Assembly: GCF_001194135.2 (NCBI RefSeq)
Contig: NC_068984.1
Span: forward strand, 37,950,293 to 38,014,292
DNA from: Octopus bimaculoides
Lineage: Eukaryota
Direction of reading: 5' to 3'
Length of the DNA stretch: 64,000 nt
The translations under genes were made by a program, and so were the position numbers. Positions within the stretch are counted from its first letter, which is position 1. Each line of letters starts with the position of its first letter. The notes under the pieces are model-generated. The model did no database searches. It was not told where the DNA came from and saw nothing but the letters and a program-made list of their open reading frames with translations. This document shows positions 59,300-64,000 of the stretch, piece by piece.

Positions 59300-62200
59300 A
59301 ACAGCCATAATCAATGTAAGTTAAGTCTGGTGGGATTGTTAAAATGGTTGACAGGATGTATGTAGATGTGTTCTGTGTGCAAGAAACAAGATGGATAGGG
59401 GCCTCAGCTAAACTTCTCACAAAGATATAAATTCTGAATAGGCATAGTGATGTGACATACTTTTGCTAGGGAAATGGGTAGATAAGGTGATTGAGATAGT
59501 CTAGTCTGAGTGTACGATGGGATAATTAAGCTTAGACTAGTCTTGGGGAAAAACACAGCAGCAACATTTATCTCAGCATATATCAAGACTGGCAAATGAA
59601 CTAAAGGACTGATTTTTATAAGGTGCTTTTGCAGATTACTTTGACCAATGGCAGTGATTTGGACATGTTGGGCAATAACCTGATAGATTAAGTAGGAAGG
59701 TAGATAAAACACAAACCCCTTCAGGTAGATGGCCCTGCTCAGTAGGTAGTAACTCTATAAGATGTACCCGGTGCAAGCTATGGACACATAAGAGGTGCAG
59801 CAACATCAAAGGCAGGTTAACTAGCAAGTTAGTTTTTGTTTGTGGCAGATGTTCAGGTGCAATAAAGACTGTAAACAAACAGGAAACAACTTCTATCTCA
59901 TTCCAGGGTGAAAAACTAGAGGTAGTCGATAGCTTCCGCTATCTGGGCGACCAAGTTAGTAGTGGGGGTGGGTGCGCTGAAAGTGTAGCTGCTAGAATAA
60001 GAATAGCCTGGGCAAAGTTTAGAGAGCTCTTNNNNNNNNNNNNNNNNNNNNNNNNNNNNNNNNNNNNNNNNNNNNNNNNNNNNNNNNNNNNNNNNNNNNN
60101 NNNNNNNNNNNNNNNNNNNNNNNNNNNNNNNNNNNNNNNNNNNNNNNNNNNNNNNNNNNNNNNNNNNNNNNNNNNNNNNNNNNNNNNNNNNNNNNNNNNN
60201 NNNNNNNNNNNNNNNNNNNNNNNNNNNNNNNNNNNNNNNNNNNNNNNNNNNNNNNNNNNNNNNNNNNNNNNNNNNNNNNNNNNNNNNNNNNNNNNNNNNN
60301 NNNNNNNNNNNNNNNNNNNNNNNNNNNNNNNNNNNNNNNNNNNNNNNNNNNNNNNNNNNNNNNNNNNNNNNNNNNNNNNNNNNNNNNNNNNNNNNNNNNN
60401 NNNNNNNNNNNNNNNNNNNNNNNNNNNNNNNNNNNNNNNNNNNNNNNNNNNNNNNNNNNNNNNNNNNNNNNNNNNNNNNNNNNNNNNNNNNNNNNNNNNN
60501 NNNNNNNNNNNNNNNNNNNNNNNNNNNNNNNNNNNNNNNNNNNNNNNNNNNNNNNNNNNNNNNNNNNNNNNNNNNNNNNNNNNNNNNNNNNNNNNNNNNN
60601 GGCACATAAAAGACACCATTTCGAGCGTGGCCGTTTTCGTGCGGGTGACACGTAAAAGCACCCACTACACTCTCTGAGTGGTTGGCGTTAGGAAGGGCAT
60701 CCAGCTGTAGAAACTCTGCCAAATCAGACTGGAGCCTGGTGTTGCCATCCTGTTTCACCAGTCCTCAGTCAAATCGTCCAACCCATGCTAGCATGGAAAG
60801 CGGACGTTAAACGATGATGATTCCAAAATGTACAATGTTTGCTCTGGCTTTGGTCCTAGAAAGGTCAGAACAAGGTTGTTGGGGGTTTTGTGATGAAAAT
60901 GACCTGATGAAACCAGCCAGTCATCTAATCACCTAACAGTCTGGTGAGCACAGAAGCTGGATTTATTGCATCTTCACCAGAAAATGGAATAGATAGATGC
61001 TTTTGAATATAAAGTCTGGGTGAGGAATGTATAGCCTAACAAAGGTTAGTGGGTAGTGATTTCAGACTTAGAGCTAAAACCAGTCTGGAAAAGAATGTTA
61101 CAAAAGCTTAAAGATTCAGTGAACAGTAAGAAATTTAGAGAAGTATGAGTTGAAGCATTTGATAGGAAAGAGGAGATACGTATATTGGAGAAGAAAACTG
61201 GAAATTCCTTTAGGACAACCTACTGGGGCTACAGACCAAATCTGGCTGTTACAAAGTTCCAGTCAGATCAAGGACAATGTAATGGTAAAATGAGGCAAAA
61301 ATGAAGAATGGGAGTAGCAGAGAATTAGACCAGGTTTATTTAACAAGGAGGAGAAGCTGAATGGAAGTAGTTTGCCAATGTGTTACAATATAAGGATCAA
61401 AGGCATGAGGTATTGTGGATTGCACTTAATGATTCTGAAAAGAAAGAGGAATGCATGGGAGAAAGATGGTCTTCCTAATGTGAACCTAACAGAGAGAGCA
61501 GCTATCCTAGTTGGCAACAGTATAATAGATAAAGAAATTAAGGGTATGAAAGCAGGGAAAACTCCTGAGTTAGTAGTGGAATGGGATATAACCTAATGAT
61601 GGTAACAAAAGGTCCTTCTCTCAGGGTGAAAGGCAGATAGTATAATGCATGTGTACAAAGAGTGTTGCTTCATGGCAAGGAAAAGTAAACTATGAATGCA
61701 AAAACTAGAAAGGAACGAAGCTAGTATGTTCCTTGGATGTACAACAAAGTGCAAATGTGTTGTGAAAAATTGGGCTCTAATTGTGTTTTTTTTTTAAATG
61801 AGAAAGATACATGACTGTAAAGTGAACTATAATTTAAAAGAACAATAAAAGAAATCAAGGAGACAGTTGTATAAAGAAGTGCTGATTGTTAAATGTGGAT
61901 GGAATTTGTAGAAGGAAACACAGGATGAAATAATGGTGATTTACTGTGCTTGAAAAAAAACATCCATCTCAACAAAAGTGAGGTCCTAAATGCTTCATAT
62001 TTATGTATACATATATATGTTTATACCTAGTTTTCCTTTAAGAGAAAAATTGGGCATAAGAGGCATCAGATGTGTGCCAGAGAGGAAACTGCACTGGTTT
62101 GGTTATGTGATATGTATGAATGAGGACAGCTGTGTAAAAAAGTGCTGGGCTCTATCTAATTGTGGAGGGAAGATGTGGGATGAAGTGGTGAGAAAGCATC

Positions 62201-62554
62201 TTCAGATGCTGGGTCTCACTGAGGAAATGACAATTGACGAGGAGTTGTGACAATTTGCTGTACTTGAGAAGACACCATGCTAAAATTGCTGTCATCCATA
62301 CATACAGGCTTGTCCTTTACAGGTGCTGGTGCCACACAAAATGCACTTGTGCCAGTGCTGTGTAAATGCACCCGTGCCAGTGGCATGTAAGAAACACCCA
62401 GCACACTCTGTAAAGTGGTTGGCATTAGGAAGGGCATCCTGCTGTAGAAACTTTGCCACAACAGACAATTGGAGTCTGGACAGCTGCCTGGTTGGCCAGC
62501 TCTTGTCAAACAGTCCAACCCATGCCAGCATGGAAAATGGACATTAAATGATGA
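59300..62554 (+). mobile_element. Older degenerate RTE LINE, interrupted by the young copy
   Basis: APE remnants VDVFCVQETRW (59362) and GHVGQ (about 59660), resuming GFG..RLL..FCDENDLM..KPASHLIT after 60822. Also MKAGKTP (about 61545), SLRVKGR.Y.ACV (about 61615), LHWFGYV..M (about 62085), then the 3'UTR ending aaatgatga. Confidence 0.8.
59690..60818 (+). mobile_element. Young 5'-truncated RTE-clade LINE (RT C-terminal part, gap, 3'UTR, (GAT)n tail)
   Basis: Open frame 59691-60031 reads SRKVDKTQTPSGRWPCSVGSNSIRCTRCKLWTHKRC...EKLEVVDSFRYLGDQVSSGGGCAESVAARIRIAWAKFREL. The 3'UTR at 60601-60818 ends aaacgatgat. Confidence 0.9.
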
Positions 62555-63192
62555 CCCAATTGGTCTTGTCCCTGCCGTAGCACCTAAACTCCCTGTCAAA
62601 CCTTCTTCATCTCTCATCTAAAACTAAGGCACTGTTTAGCTGCTATAATCATATGAGTAGAATATGCACACATCTCATCCCTCAGTAACGTCTCATCTCC
62701 TTGGATCCACTTCCTTTTAAAATACATCCCTCATTCTCAATATCATCCCTTCCTACTTCATTTTCCACAATCGTCCCTTTCTGTGCTAAGATACATCTGA
62801 GGACTGCCATAACCTTATTTTTTTTTTTATCTGCTATTATTCTCATCATTCTGATATATCTGCTATTGAAGGCTTCCCTCTCCACTTTCACAATACCCAT
62901 CCCCACATACACTGACATCCATCTCTGTCACTGTACATCTTTCTGTCGTCACCCCCACTCTCCCAACCCATACATCATCTACATATTTTCTGATCTACCT
63001 ACAAGTTTGTTATGCTGCTGCTGCTCACCTCCCTGTACTGCCACTTATTACCTCCTGTTTCCTAAATCACTCCTATTCCTCCACCTTCTCCCACCTTGAT
63101 ATTTACCTTCAACCACACCTCCACTCAAGTTCTATCCACTACGTTCTCCTCTACACCCATCTCTAACCATCTGTTACTCTCTTTTCACACCA

Positions 63193-63550
63193 ATCATCAT
63201 CATCATCATTTAATGTCCGCTTTCTATGCAAGCATGGGTTGGACGATTTGACTGAGGACTGGTGGACCAGGAGGAGACACCAGGCTCCAATCTGATTTGG
63301 CAGAGTTTCTACAGCTGGATGCCCTTCCTAACGCCAACCACTCCGAGAGTGTAGTGGGTGCTTTTACGTGCCACCGGCACGAGGGTCAGTCAGGTGGTAC
63401 TGGCGATGGTCACACTCGAAATGGTATATTTTACGTGCCACCTGCACAGGAGCCAGTCCATCGGCACTGGCAATGATCTCGCTTGAATGTCTTCACGTGC
63501 CAGGGAGGCGACGTTGGTAATGATCAACGACCACGCTCGAAATGGTGTAT
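63193..63550 (-). mobile_element. Young RTE 3'UTR copy, minus strand
   Basis: atcatcatcatcatttaatgtccgc...gatgcccttcctaacgccaacc is the reverse complement of the tail. Confidence 0.88.
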
Positions 63551-64000
63551 TTGGAACTTATCTATTCTGCCTGATTCTTTGTCCATATTCTTTCCTAAAT
63601 TCAACTTGTTTCTTGAGAGTATGCTCTGACACTAAGTCACTGCCATTATTGTTTTCTTTCCAGCTACGCCATCTCATATATAATGTTCGGTGGCCACATA
63701 TCTCCTCTAAGCAAAACACTCTGTCATGCATTAACGTCGCAACACCTGGCGTAAAGCCACCTATCTCTCTTTAATACAACCATACTCAGTTGAGAGTCTT
63801 TTCTTTGTCTTGATGACCTCACTTAGTGCTTGTGTTATCAAAAAAGCACCGTAAAGTGGTTGGCATGAAGACGGGCATCTAGCTGTAGAAACCATGTGAA
63901 AACAGAGACTAGAGTTCAACACTGTTCTCCAGCTTTCTCAATTTCATGATAGCTTAAAACTATCATCTTGGAAATAGATAAACAACTCGTTTTTATTGCA

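Noticed and set aside
60904-60910. CTGATGA hammerhead-core-like motif (also about 7655 and 21728)
   Set aside because: No stem II plus GAAA arrangement; at 60904 it is part of the decayed APE coding sequence.
62701-63099. 132-aa hydrophobic ORF
   Set aside because: It translates a pyrimidine-rich low-complexity repeat between RTE copies.

Overview
AT-rich, intron-dominated animal genomic DNA with eight N gaps. The repeat families look like those of Octopus (recognised from memory, not from a database search). The window holds most of one + strand gene, a PIAS / Su(var)2-10-family SUMO E3 ligase. I assembled it by hand as 15 phase-consistent coding exons from 1511 to 53692, about 638 aa. It encodes the post-SAP linker, PINIT domain, SP-RING (MIZ) finger, SIM1 ([14 protein letters not shown]) and the C-terminal PDVISLD* motif. 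The SAP-domain exon(s) must lie upstream of the window or in a gap. Almost all ORF-track entries are spurious, span N gaps or come from repeats. Most notable: (1) a CpG-retaining island inside the large 5' intron (about 24.2-29.7 kb) containing an in-phase alternative ATG exon (MAPKK..., 25552-25669) that would give a SAP-less PIAS; (2) several candidate alternative 3' ends that change the number of SIMs; (3) two young, TSD-flanked tRNA-SINEs in inverted orientation around the terminal exon; (4) an RTE LINE family whose RT region carries a PHD-like finger and whose 3'UTR carries tandem units compatible with compact H-type pseudoknots, with one young copy nested in an older one. All isoform claims are predictions from splice signals and reading frame only.
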